64,000 bases of DNA. It comes from Conexivisphaerales archaeon. GTDB taxonomy: Archaea; Thermoproteota; Nitrososphaeria; Conexivisphaerales; UBA164. The notes under the pieces are model-generated. The model saw nothing but the letters and a program-made list of their open reading frames with translations, was not told where the DNA came from and made no database searches. A program made the translations under genes and the position numbers. Each line of letters starts with the position of its first letter. The stretch's first letter is position 1. The stretch covers positions 4,085 through 68,084 of the forward strand of contig JAVBJD010000002.1 of the NCBI GenBank assembly GCA_030756715.1, in the 5' to 3' direction. This document shows, in pieces, positions 1 through 8,431 of the stretch.

Positions 1-223
1 GGTCTTCCCTTAGCAGGGGCTCTCCCCCTGTGAGCTTCAGTTCTTTTATCCCGAAATCCTTGAAAATTAGCCCGATTCTATAGATTTCATCAAGCTTAAG
101 GACATCCTCTTCCTTGACAAAATCTGGGTTGCTGGGCATGCAGAAAACGCACCTGTAGTTGCATCTGTCGGTAACCGAAAGCCTGAGCTTCTCCGCAATC
201 CTCGAGAACCTGTCTACCAGCAT
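1..223 (-). CDS. moaA: GTP 3',8-cyclase MoaA (radical SAM, molybdopterin synthesis); N-terminal part only, runs off the window
   Basis: Not in ORF track. Manual translation from ATG at 223: MLVDRFSRIAEKLRLSVTDRCNYRCVFCMP...LTGGEPLLR, containing CxxxCxxC and the MoaA-type SVTDRCN and TGGEPLLR motifs. Confidence 0.9.
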   Translation of the reverse strand, partial: MLVDRFSRIAEKLRLSVTDRCNYRCVFCMPSNPDFVKEEDVLKLDEIYRIGLIFKDFGIKELKLTGGEPLLRED

Positions 224-324
224 CTGCTAATAGAAATGAACAGGTAAATTAAACGTTTTTGTTTATTTTTCTGCCTTTTAAAACATAAATTACAGGTTAT
301 TAATGGATCTTCTTATAATACACA

Positions 325-338
325 GAAAGATTTATATT
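325..338 (+). promoter_or_regulatory. BRE-TATA promoter of tRNA-Gly
   Basis: gaaaga-tttatatt about 25 nt upstream of the tRNA 5' end at 363. Confidence 0.5.
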
Positions 339-362
339 AAAAACATCTTAAAAAATTTCTGA

Positions 363-436
363 GCGGTCGTCGTCCAGCCTGGCAGGACGTCAGCTTCCCA
401 AGCTGAAGATCGCGGGTTCAAGTCCCGCCGACCGCA
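363..436 (+). tRNA. tRNA-Gly(CCC), no intron, CCA not encoded
   Basis: Cloverleaf: GCGGTCG/CGACCGC acceptor, GTCC/GGAC D stem, TCAGC-TT-CCC-AA-GCTGA anticodon arm, GCGGG-TTCAAGT-CCCGC T arm, discriminator A. Confidence 0.97.
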
Positions 437-442
437 TTTATG

Positions 443-697
443 TCACTTATATTTGAGCTTTAAGATAATCAAGAGAAGTATTAGCAGGGCAGACACTCCG
501 TTTGCAGCTATAACAGGGATTGAAGTTATAAGCAACCCATAGTATAACCAGAGTAGAGCTCCTGTTAGCATGGTAAAAAGCCAGATCAAAGATATCCCCT
601 TTGTGTCCTTTGTGTTGAAAACTTTTATTACTTCGGGAACGTAAGCTACGGTGGTCAAAAAACCCGCAACTAAACCCAATAAAAGAACAAATCCCAT
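443..697 (-). CDS. SemiSWEET / PQ-loop family small transporter
   Basis: Three hydrophobic helices; GFLTTVAYVPEVIK..TKDTKGISL..WLYYG..PVIAAN pattern. ATG at 697 preferred; ORF track starts at 709. Confidence 0.8.
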   Translation of the reverse strand: MGFVLLLGLVAGFLTTVAYVPEVIKVFNTKDTKGISLIWLFTMLTGALLWLYYGLLITSIPVIAANGVSALLILLLIILKLKYK

Positions 698-815
698 AAA
701 AGCCTTCAAAAAACGTGTCTTAAAAACATATCTAAGTTAACGCTTTTCAATCAGCTAATGCGCAGAACAAAATTTAGAATACTTATTTATTCATGAATAT
801 AAAATAATTATATAG

Positions 816-1871
816 ATGAAAAAGGAGGCTCAGCTTCTGAAGAAAAAGGATGGCAGAATTGAGTGCCTTGCATGTGCAAGAGGCTGTACACTAGGCGAAG
901 GCCAGATAGGGTTCTGCGGCGTTCGAGGGGTCTATGGCGGAAAACTTTACCTCCTTAACTACGGAGTTTTAAACGCTCTGCACATGGATCCCATAGAAAA
1001 GAAACCACTGGTTCATTTTCACCCAGGCAGCAAAGTGCTCAGCATGGGGACCACTGGCTGTAGTTGGGCATGCTCCTTCTGTCAGAACTATGATCTTTCA
1101 CAGAGAAAAAGGGTAGAGGGTTATGAAATTACTCCAGAAGAAGTTTTGAACATCGCGAAAAAGTACGAAGCTGATGGGCTCGCTTACACCTACAACGAAC
1201 CCAGCATATTCGCAGAATTTGCCCATGACGTGGGAGTTATGGCGCACAGATCAAGTCTGTTTAATGTTTTTGTGAGCAACGGATATTTTACTGACGAAGG
1301 CGTCGATTACTTTTCTGAATTCCTTGACGGAATCACTGTTGACTTTAAAGGGAACGCCAATCGTGATTTTTTGAGAAAATACGCTGCTGTCCCTGATCCA
1401 GAGCCTATATTCAGGTCTTTAAAAGAGTTAAAAGATAAAAAAATACACATAGAAATAACTGACCTTGTAGTCCCAAAAATAGGCGATAACATAGAAGACG
1501 CAAAAAAACTTTCCAGATGGATAGCTGACAACCTTGGAGAAGATACCCCAATTCACTTTTTAAGATTTCATCCAGATTACAAACTTCTTTGGTTGCCAGA
1601 AACTCCTGTAAAAACGCTCGAAGAACACTACAGAGCAGCTAAAGGAGAAGGACTGAAATACATCTATATTGGAAACGTACCAGGCCATCCTTACGAGAGC
1701 ACTTACTGCCCTAACTGCGGGAGTCCCGTAATAAAAAGGTACGGTTTTGACATCATAGAATATAATTTAGACGAAGACAACAGGTGCAAATTCTGCGGCT
1801 ATAAGCTCCCGATAGTAGGCAAATTTAAGAAAGAGCCGTTTGAAAGGAGGTTTTTCCCTGTATGGCTGTGA
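816..1871 (+). CDS. amrS: AmmeMemoRadiSam system radical SAM enzyme
   Basis: N-terminal C..C...C.....[24 protein letters not shown] (CxxxCxxC), YTYNEP, C-terminal CPNC. Confidence 0.9.
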   Translation: MKKEAQLLKKKDGRIECLACARGCTLGEGQIGFCGVRGVYGGKLYLLNYGVLNALHMDPIEKKPLVHFHPGSKVLSMGTTGCSWACSFCQNYDLSQRKRVEGYEITPEEVLNIAKKYEADGLAYTYNEPSIFAEFAHDVGVMAHRSSLFNVFVSNGYFTDEGVDYFSEFLDGITVDFKGNANRDFLRKYAAVPDPEPIFRSLKELKDKKIHIEITDLVVPKIGDNIEDAKKLSRWIADNLGEDTPIHFLRFHPDYKLLWLPETPVKTLEEHYRAAKGEGLKYIYIGNVPGHPYESTYCPNCGSPVIKRYGFDIIEYNLDEDNRCKFCGYKLPIVGKFKKEPFERRFFPVWL

Positions 1872-1918
1872 GCGACGTGGACAGATCGTTCAAAAGCTTT
1901 CTTAATCGGTGCTTTTAA

Positions 1919-2596
1919 ATGAAAAAATGTCTTGAAATAAAAGATGAGTTACGCGAAGGACTTGTGGTTGAAAGGTCTAACAGGTTCGCAGTAAAAGTTT
2001 TAGAGGGCTCAAGATTAAGGCTTTGTCATCTACACGATACGGGAAGGTTAGAAGAGCTGATCTTCTCCAATAACGCTGTACTTTTTGTAGATAAAAGAAG
2101 AAAAGCAACCGATTGCGAGATCATTGCAGCTAAATCACGCGATAACTGGGTAATAACTAACTCGCTCCTTCACAGAGACCTCGCGCTATGCGTTTTCCAA
2201 AGAAAATTAAATCTTGTACCAGAAGTTAAGCTTTACGAAAGCAGAATAGACTTCTTCATACCACCTGACCTTTACGTTGAAACTAAAGGATGCACGCTCA
2301 TCAGAAGAGGGGTCGCCATCTTTCCTGACGCGCCAACAGAAAGGGGCAAGAAGCACCTGCTAACTCTGATGAAAGCCGTCGAATCCGGTTATAAGGCTGA
2401 AATCATGTTTCTTGTTATGAGCGAGGAAGCGAAGTGCTTTTTCCCTAACTACAGGACGGATCCAGAGTTTAAAGAGTTGCTCTTTAAAGCTATGAGAATG
2501 GGAGTAAAAGTGAGGGTGCCTGTATTTTCGCTGAAAGGAAAAACAATTTACTACTTAAGGGAAATAAGCGTTTGCAAAGATCAACCTCAGATCTAA
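1919..2596 (+). CDS. sfsA: DNA/RNA nuclease SfsA (sugar fermentation stimulation protein)
   Basis: R.NRF, HLHDTGRLEEL, SRIDF, VETKGCTL, FPDAPTERGKKHL. Confidence 0.9.
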   Translation: MKKCLEIKDELREGLVVERSNRFAVKVLEGSRLRLCHLHDTGRLEELIFSNNAVLFVDKRRKATDCEIIAAKSRDNWVITNSLLHRDLALCVFQRKLNLVPEVKLYESRIDFFIPPDLYVETKGCTLIRRGVAIFPDAPTERGKKHLLTLMKAVESGYKAEIMFLVMSEEAKCFFPNYRTDPEFKELLFKAMRMGVKVRVPVFSLKGKTIYYLREISVCKDQPQI

Positions 2597-2661
2597 AATC
2601 CCAAAATATAAAGGAAAAAAGGTATTGTTTATTTACTTTTGAACGATTTTTTATAACATAA

Positions 2662-3630
2662 ATGGTTACAAACTTAACAGAAGAAGCCAAGGCTATATGG
2701 TCAAAGGCTATAATGACCAGGGATCCAAGTGAGAAGCTTAGACTTTTACAGCTGTTTTTTTCAAAGATGCCTCATCATAAGGGAACAGAAAAGCTAGAAG
2801 TTTCGATAAAAAGGCAGATGGCTTCATTAAAAGAAGAAATAGCTGAAAGCAAGAAAAAGAAAGCTGTAAGGAAAGACGTATGGATAGTAAAGAAAGAAGG
2901 CATTTTAGCTGTGGTAGTTGACTTCAATTTTACAGATTCGTTTCACAGGCTCACCGGCGTAAATATGTCAAAGTATGAAGTGTTTTCAAGGCCCGTTGTG
3001 GCTCCTATAAAAGCTCTAGATGTAACGCTTCAGACATATTACGCTCCGATCGGCGCTGGAAATTTCAGAAATTTCCTCAAGTTAATAAAACAGGCTGATG
3101 TGCTCATCATTGCAGACAAAAGGGCCATCGAGCTGATCGAAAATGAAGGCATAGTGCTAGTAACGAACAAAAGGAGACTTGTTGAAATCAGCAGGATGCC
3201 GAGCGGCGGCATAAGGATAATAGGTAAATCAAAAAATATTAACGAAGAAGAGCTCAGGAAGTTTTTGAAGAGCTATGGGCTTGAGAACTGTGTTATAAAG
3301 CTTAGCGAAGACGCAACGCTTGACGACGTCGAAGATTACATATTCGGGAGGATGCAAAAAGTTTATGTTTTTCCAACATATGATAAAGAAAAAGACGTCA
3401 GAAACGTCCTCAACGCGCTTGGACTTATAAGGGTCTATACCTTGGATTCCTCTGGAGTTGTAGAAGGTCCGCCGCTTTTGGTAAATGAAAACAGCACTGC
3501 CCAGGATATTGCTAACAAGATAAGCATAAAGAACATGAGGTTTGCTTATCTTATCAGGGACAATATAAGGATAAAGGTAGGAAGCAACTTTGTCTTAAAA
3601 GACGGTGACAAAATAAGGATAGTGCCATAA
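2662..3630 (+). CDS. DRG/Rbg-like TGS-domain protein with degenerate GTPase motifs
   Basis: Archaeal DRG N-terminus (MPHHKGTEKL), S5D2L-like insert (SGGIRIIG..LKSYGL) and C-terminal TGS (IRVYT..GDKIRI) present; no GxxxxGKS, DxxG or NKxD. Confidence 0.75.
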   Translation: MVTNLTEEAKAIWSKAIMTRDPSEKLRLLQLFFSKMPHHKGTEKLEVSIKRQMASLKEEIAESKKKKAVRKDVWIVKKEGILAVVVDFNFTDSFHRLTGVNMSKYEVFSRPVVAPIKALDVTLQTYYAPIGAGNFRNFLKLIKQADVLIIADKRAIELIENEGIVLVTNKRRLVEISRMPSGGIRIIGKSKNINEEELRKFLKSYGLENCVIKLSEDATLDDVEDYIFGRMQKVYVFPTYDKEKDVRNVLNALGLIRVYTLDSSGVVEGPPLLVNENSTAQDIANKISIKNMRFAYLIRDNIRIKVGSNFVLKDGDKIRIVP

Positions 3631-3642
3631 GATGGTCTCCGC

Positions 3643-3873
3643 GTGAACTACCCCAATCCTGCGATTGGGACTTTGTTCAAAGGCACCCCTACAGTATGAG
3701 TGATACTGTTGAATTCAGAGACTCGTGGAAGAGGCGCGATCATCCTAGGGCGATTCACCTGGGTTCCACAGGAAAGCCGTCTCTAGCAAAAAATTACTTG
3801 CTGAAATGTTTAAAAAGTTTTATATTATTCATTCTTTCCCTCGCGGAAAGGGCTTTCCTCCCCATTTATCGCC
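3643..3873 (-). mobile_element. Non-autonomous IS200/IS605-family mini-element (omegaRNA/PATE-like), no ORF
   Basis: Minus strand ends ...cccaatcgcaggattggggtagttcac (RE-type hairpin + TTCAC); left-end hairpin ctttcc-ctcgc-ggaaag; TTGAT directly 5' of the left end; homologous to 50323-50543. Confidence 0.7.
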
Positions 3874-3879
3874 ATCAAG

Positions 3880-3900
3880 TTTAAGACTTTCAGTCTTAAA
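3880..3900. terminator. Perfect 9-bp hairpin, possibly a terminator downstream of dph2
   Basis: tttaagact-ttc-agtcttaaa, 30 nt past the dph2 stop. Confidence 0.3.
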
Positions 3901-3930
3901 ATGCCTTATTTTATTTGTAGTAAACAAAAA

Positions 3931-4935
3931 TCAGAACCATAAAGCTCCTCTATAAGGGTTTGTAACTGGGATCTTCTTCTTTATCTTTATCAGCGCAAGA
4001 GCTTCTGGATAAGAAAGCAACGGTTTTTTGAAGCCTTCAACGTTCATGGGTATCCGTGGACAGGCTGTCTCAACAAAAGCATCCATGCCTTGAAACTTGT
4101 TAACCTTTTCAGGCGTTATTTCGTTCATAATAATCATGAAAGTTGACACGTTGAATTTTTTAAGCTCTCTACTGATGAAGTCTGCTTTCTGAAGGTTTGC
4201 CTGTCCTTCTTTTTCACCTACTATTATGCCTATCTTTTCTGCCCTGTTTGCTATAGCTATCCTTGCAAAAGAAGCTTTAAGGTATTTGTTTGCTTCTTCG
4301 CGCACGCCAGTTATCTCTTTTGTATGCGGATCAAGCATGAAGGTTTCCTTTTCAGTTGAAAGTTGCAAACCAATAGCGTGAAAAAGGCTTTCTCCAAGGA
4401 AAAAATTGTAATCTGTGTTTGGGACAAAAGCTGAATAAAAATTACAACCAAGAACCTGGCCTAGCAAAAGAGTTTCGTATTTGCCAGGTTTAGCTATATC
4501 GACCTTTCCTTCTAGCTTTTTTATAAGCATAGTATAAGCAGAATAATAGTTTGAAATCGTGTAGATCCCAATTTTACCGTTAAGTCTGTTTTCATTTATA
4601 TATCCGATCATCAGCTCTGTTATTTTTTCTATATCTTCTTCGTCAAAAATGTACTGAAAATTTATGAACCTTACATTTCCTATACTCTCAAGCCCTATTG
4701 TGTGTCCCACGTTTAAAATCAGGTCGGCTCCTGCTACGTACGCCTTGTTTAGCTGAAGGTCGCAGGAGCCATAAGATGGATCTCCGGATACATAAGCTCT
4801 AACTCCCATTGTCTCTAACTTTTTACCAAGATCTAGCAAAACGTCAACTATCCCGTCTGGACCAACAATTATTACTTTTTTTGGCTTCTCTTTTCTTACT
4901 ATATCTTCTACTCTCTCCCAGTCTAACCAGATCAA
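3931..4935 (-). CDS. dph2: Diphthamide biosynthesis enzyme Dph2 (Dph1/Dph2 family)
   Basis: PDG, DPSYGSCDL, VLGCNF, GEKEGQ, ETACPRI with three Fe-S cysteines; adjacent to rpl10e. Confidence 0.87.
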   Translation of the reverse strand: MIWLDWERVEDIVRKEKPKKVIIVGPDGIVDVLLDLGKKLETMGVRAYVSGDPSYGSCDLQLNKAYVAGADLILNVGHTIGLESIGNVRFINFQYIFDEEDIEKITELMIGYINENRLNGKIGIYTISNYYSAYTMLIKKLEGKVDIAKPGKYETLLLGQVLGCNFYSAFVPNTDYNFFLGESLFHAIGLQLSTEKETFMLDPHTKEITGVREEANKYLKASFARIAIANRAEKIGIIVGEKEGQANLQKADFISRELKKFNVSTFMIIMNEITPEKVNKFQGMDAFVETACPRIPMNVEGFKKPLLSYPEALALIKIKKKIPVTNPYRGALWF

Positions 4936-5438
4936 GATGAAGCGGGTTTTACCTGTATTATTTCAAGCTTTGTCTTCATCGGGAGCTTTGACCTTGCTAT
5001 CCTCATAGCTTCTTTTGCTTTGTCCAGGAACTCTTTCTTAACATAAATCTCTAAGACAGAGTCACCGGGTTCAATCCTCGCGGCCAGCCCTACAGGCTTA
5101 CCAAATGCCCTCCTCATACCTTCAGATAGCCTATCCGCACCGGCAGTGGCTATCATCTTGTTCTCCCTGAGTATTACATGCGGAAAAGGGACAAGCCTTA
5201 GAAAGTAGTTATCTTCCCCTATCTTTTCTATTACCTTGTTCGCGGCTACTCTGGCCGATTCTAAAGCGTTCTGCCTAACCTGAACGCTGGACTCTGAAGA
5301 CAACCTTAAAATATAATCATAACCGCTCGTAAGCTTACCCATCGTGAACTTGGCTATCCTTAAACCTGGTATTGCGTCTATGTATTCCCTTCTCACATAG
5401 GGCATTCCTTCAGGTCTTCTATAGTTTCTCCCTTTCAA
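4932..5438 (-). CDS. rpl10e: 50S ribosomal protein L10e (uL16)
   Basis: YVRREYI, QVRQNALESARVAANK, ENKMIATAGADRLSEGMRRAFGKPVGLAAR; TTG start. Confidence 0.97.
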   Translation of the reverse strand: MKGRNYRRPEGMPYVRREYIDAIPGLRIAKFTMGKLTSGYDYILRLSSESSVQVRQNALESARVAANKVIEKIGEDNYFLRLVPFPHVILRENKMIATAGADRLSEGMRRAFGKPVGLAARIEPGDSVLEIYVKKEFLDKAKEAMRIARSKLPMKTKLEIIQVKPASS

Positions 5439-5519
5439 CTTAGCATACCTTTGTCAATATCTGCTTAAAAACGTTTTGCGAACTGTTAAACCTTCGCATA
5501 ATGGTAGAAGCTCTAATTT

Positions 5520-6296
5520 TTAGTCAAGAAAAGCTATTGGAGGCATTCTTCTCTTGTGCTCGCTAGATCTCATTAGGCTTATAACTCTGGAAGCGCTTTC
5601 TCCATACTTTCTCATGATTTCTTCTTCTGAAACCTTAACGTCTATGAGTTCATGTAGAATTATGTCCGCAACCTCGTACGCGATACCGAGTTCGTCTTCT
5701 GCTGTCTGACCTGGCCAGAGCCTCGGGCTGCTCTTTTTGCCCGTAATTGTTTCAGGTATGTTAAAGTGAACCGCGAGTTCCCTTACTTCTGTTTTGTAGA
5801 CATCACCTATGGGCAGAATGTCCACACCGCCGTCCCCGTATTTGGTGAAGTAACCCAAGTATATTTCGCTTTTATCACCTGTTCCTATAACTATGGCATC
5901 ATTTATGTTTGCGAAATAATAAAGGATGCTCATGCGTATCCTTGCCTTCAGGTTCCCAAGCGCCTTTTTATCGATGACATCAAAGTTAGAAACATAGGAA
6001 CGCAAGATTCCATCGATGTACATTAGGCGGTAGTTTATGCCTAACCAAGACGCCAGCGTTAAAGCGTCCCTTATGTCTTCATATGGAGTTGATGATGATT
6101 CGGGCATTATTAGCCCCAGAACTTTTTCCTTTCCGAGCGAGGATACAGAAAAATATGCCGTAAGAGAAGAATCAATGCCTCCACTGAGCCCTATTACTGC
6201 TTTTTTATCTCCAACTTCTTTTTTTATGAAGCCTACTATTTTTTCTTTTACGTTATCGTAAGGCAACCCCCTTAAGCTTGTCTTTCCAAATAACAT
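5520..6296 (-). CDS. nadE: NH3-dependent NAD+ synthetase
   Basis: GLSGGIDSS, GNLKARIRM, GYFTKYGDG, SPRLWPGQTAEDELG. Confidence 0.95.
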   Translation of the reverse strand: MLFGKTSLRGLPYDNVKEKIVGFIKKEVGDKKAVIGLSGGIDSSLTAYFSVSSLGKEKVLGLIMPESSSTPYEDIRDALTLASWLGINYRLMYIDGILRSYVSNFDVIDKKALGNLKARIRMSILYYFANINDAIVIGTGDKSEIYLGYFTKYGDGGVDILPIGDVYKTEVRELAVHFNIPETITGKKSSPRLWPGQTAEDELGIAYEVADIILHELIDVKVSEEEIMRKYGESASRVISLMRSSEHKRRMPPIAFLD

Positions 6297-6397
6297 ATAA
6301 TAAATTATTAAATATTGATAATTAAGCGTTTATTAAGCTTTTAGCTTGATTAATAATAAAGCCTTCTAGTATACAGAAATTTTTAAAAAACAAAAGC

Positions 6398-7066
6398 TCA
6401 TTGCTTGCGAGCCTCATCCATAGCTTCTTTTAAAATTTTCACAAGCATCTCCATTGTGAGCTTTTTAGTAAAAGTGTTTTGAGGAGAAGGGTGATAAGAA
6501 CAGATAACTGTTACCGGGCCGGCCTTAACATTACATCCGTGCGAGAATTTTTTTGCATCTTCCGGCTTTTCTCCCAAAGAATCAAGGACCTTAAGAGTCC
6601 AGTAATAAGCAAAGCTTCCCAGCACAACAATTACCTTAGGATTGATGTACTGGATCTCTCTTTTCAGGAATTTCTCGCTACATGTTCTTGCTTCCTCGGT
6701 TATAGGTTTGTTTTCCGGCGGTGCACATTTAACAACTGCTGTTATGTAAGCTTCATTTACTTCTAAGCCATCTTTCCTGTTGATTGAAGTGGGTTTGTTG
6801 GAATATCCCGCTCTATAAAGAGCTTCAAACAGGAAATCCCCGGACCTATCCCCTGTAAAGACCCTTCCGGTCCTGTTACCTCCTTGTGCGCTGGGTGCAA
6901 GGCCTATTATCATTATCTTTGACCTTGGATTCCCGAAACCAGGAACCGGTTTTTTCCAGTAACCTTCTGGGGCTTCCTTTATTTCTGGCACTGATTCTCT
7001 GTACTTTACAAGCCTCGGACATGCCCTGCATGATATTATTTCATCGTAAAATATAGATTCGGACAA
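6398..7066 (-). CDS. udg: Uracil-DNA glycosylase, family 5
   Basis: C..CPRL, GLAPSAQGGNRTGRVFTGDRSG, VKCAPPENKP, SYHPSPQNT. Confidence 0.9.
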   Translation of the reverse strand: MSESIFYDEIISCRACPRLVKYRESVPEIKEAPEGYWKKPVPGFGNPRSKIMIIGLAPSAQGGNRTGRVFTGDRSGDFLFEALYRAGYSNKPTSINRKDGLEVNEAYITAVVKCAPPENKPITEEARTCSEKFLKREIQYINPKVIVVLGSFAYYWTLKVLDSLGEKPEDAKKFSHGCNVKAGPVTVICSYHPSPQNTFTKKLTMEMLVKILKEAMDEARKQ

Positions 7067-7067
7067 C

Positions 7068-7952
7068 TTAACCCAGTAACCTTTCTACGACCCACGACGG
7101 CTTGAAAGGGGTCAGATCTTCATAACTTTGTCCTGTCCCGAGGTACATTATCGGTTTCTTAGTGTAGAACGCAAGATTTAGTATGGAGCCGCCTTTAACT
7201 TCTGCGTCTACCTTTGTAACTATCGAGTGAGAAAACCCGGGGTTCTGAAGGAAGGTCGTTGCTTGGTTTATCATGTCGTAACCTGCGAGAGCGTCACCTA
7301 CAAAGACGTTCAGGTCGGATTTTACTACGTTAACGAGCTTTGCGAGCTCGTTCAGTAGCGACTCATTCGTTTGCATCCTGCCTGCGGTATCTATTAAAAG
7401 TATTTCATAACTGTTGGCTTGAGCGTACTCATAAGCTTCCCTTGAGAGAGCTGCAGGATCAGCGCCGTATTTTTTTGAATAAACTTCAACCCCTATCCTT
7501 GAGCCATGTTCTGCGAGCTGTTCTATAGCACCTGTTCTGTAAGTGTCAGCGGCCACCATCAAGGGTTTGAGCTTCATTTTCTTCAAATAATATGCAACTT
7601 TTGCTACAGTGGTCGTTTTTCCGGTTCCGTTTATCCCTAGAAAAACTATCACAAAGGGTCTCCTCGGCGATCTGCCGTATATCTCAGGAAGCGTTTCTGA
7701 TTCTTGGAATATACCGGCTATAGTCTTTTCAAGAAGCTCTTTCAGTGTTTCGCTTTTTGTGCCGTTGACCTTTACGTTCTTTACCTCTTCGATAAGCTTT
7801 TGCTTAAAATATTCAATAACGTCGATTGAAACGTCAGCTTCTATAAAGTCTATTTCCCTTTCCTTAAAAAATTCTTCTATGTCCTTTTCGCTTATCTTTC
7901 CTGTAACGCTTGAAATAAAATCGGAGAATACTTTCTTTAACTTATCGAACAT
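7068..7952 (-). CDS. ftsY: Signal recognition particle docking protein FtsY
   Basis: GINGTGKTTT, DTYRTGA, DTAGRMQT, TKVD, GTGQSYEDL. Confidence 0.95.
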   Translation of the reverse strand: MFDKLKKVFSDFISSVTGKISEKDIEEFFKEREIDFIEADVSIDVIEYFKQKLIEEVKNVKVNGTKSETLKELLEKTIAGIFQESETLPEIYGRSPRRPFVIVFLGINGTGKTTTVAKVAYYLKKMKLKPLMVAADTYRTGAIEQLAEHGSRIGVEVYSKKYGADPAALSREAYEYAQANSYEILLIDTAGRMQTNESLLNELAKLVNVVKSDLNVFVGDALAGYDMINQATTFLQNPGFSHSIVTKVDAEVKGGSILNLAFYTKKPIMYLGTGQSYEDLTPFKPSWVVERLLG

Positions 7953-8376
7953 TTTGAGATCTTTTAAGCAGCTCGTTAAGCTCGTACCTGGCTTCTTCGA
8001 GCTTTTCTTCGACGGTTTTTTTATCCTGCTGCGCGCTGTTAAGTGCTTTTTCCAGCTCCTCTATCCTTTCTTTCAAAAAACTTATGGCTTCGTCCTTCTT
8101 TTTCACCATTACTACGCCTCCGCCAACTTTCAGCATTATCTTGCTTGTTGCGTCAGCTTTAGTTTTCAGCAGGACATCTCCGCCGAGCGGAACTACTATT
8201 TCAGATTCTTTCTCTTGCGGGAGTATTTCAATTGCCGCTTGAGCTGCCTTTGTTTCTTCTATAGCCTGCCCTATAAGGTAAATGCGCGAAATTATGCTTT
8301 CGTAATAATTTTCTAGAACCTGTATAGCGCTTGCGAGTTCGTTGATCCTATTTTCTACATCACTCTGGCTCTGCAA
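7942..8376 (-). CDS. pfdA: Prefoldin subunit alpha
   Basis: Coiled coils flanking a VVPLGG..VGGGV.V beta-hairpin region; directly upstream of ftsY. Confidence 0.92.
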   Translation of the reverse strand: MQSQSDVENRINELASAIQVLENYYESIISRIYLIGQAIEETKAAQAAIEILPQEKESEIVVPLGGDVLLKTKADATSKIMLKVGGGVVMVKKKDEAISFLKERIEELEKALNSAQQDKKTVEEKLEEARYELNELLKRSQNVR

Positions 8377-8431
8377 TTTATGTTTACACCATAAAATTAT
8401 TGGTTAATTAACTTATTTATCTTTTTATGCT

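Noticed and set aside
363-3630. Integrated element at tRNA-Gly (also considered at tRNA-Cys and tRNA-Ile)
   Set aside because: No duplicated tRNA 3' end (att site), integrase or viral/plasmid genes seen in the window
3696-3884. 62-aa ORF inside mini-element A
   Set aside because: No protein motif; it crosses hairpins and an AT-rich promoter tract, so it is best explained as a chance ORF in a structured element
7609-8316. 235-aa plus-strand ORF
   Set aside because: Antisense shadow of ftsY/pfdA with Phe/Ser-rich, non-protein-like composition
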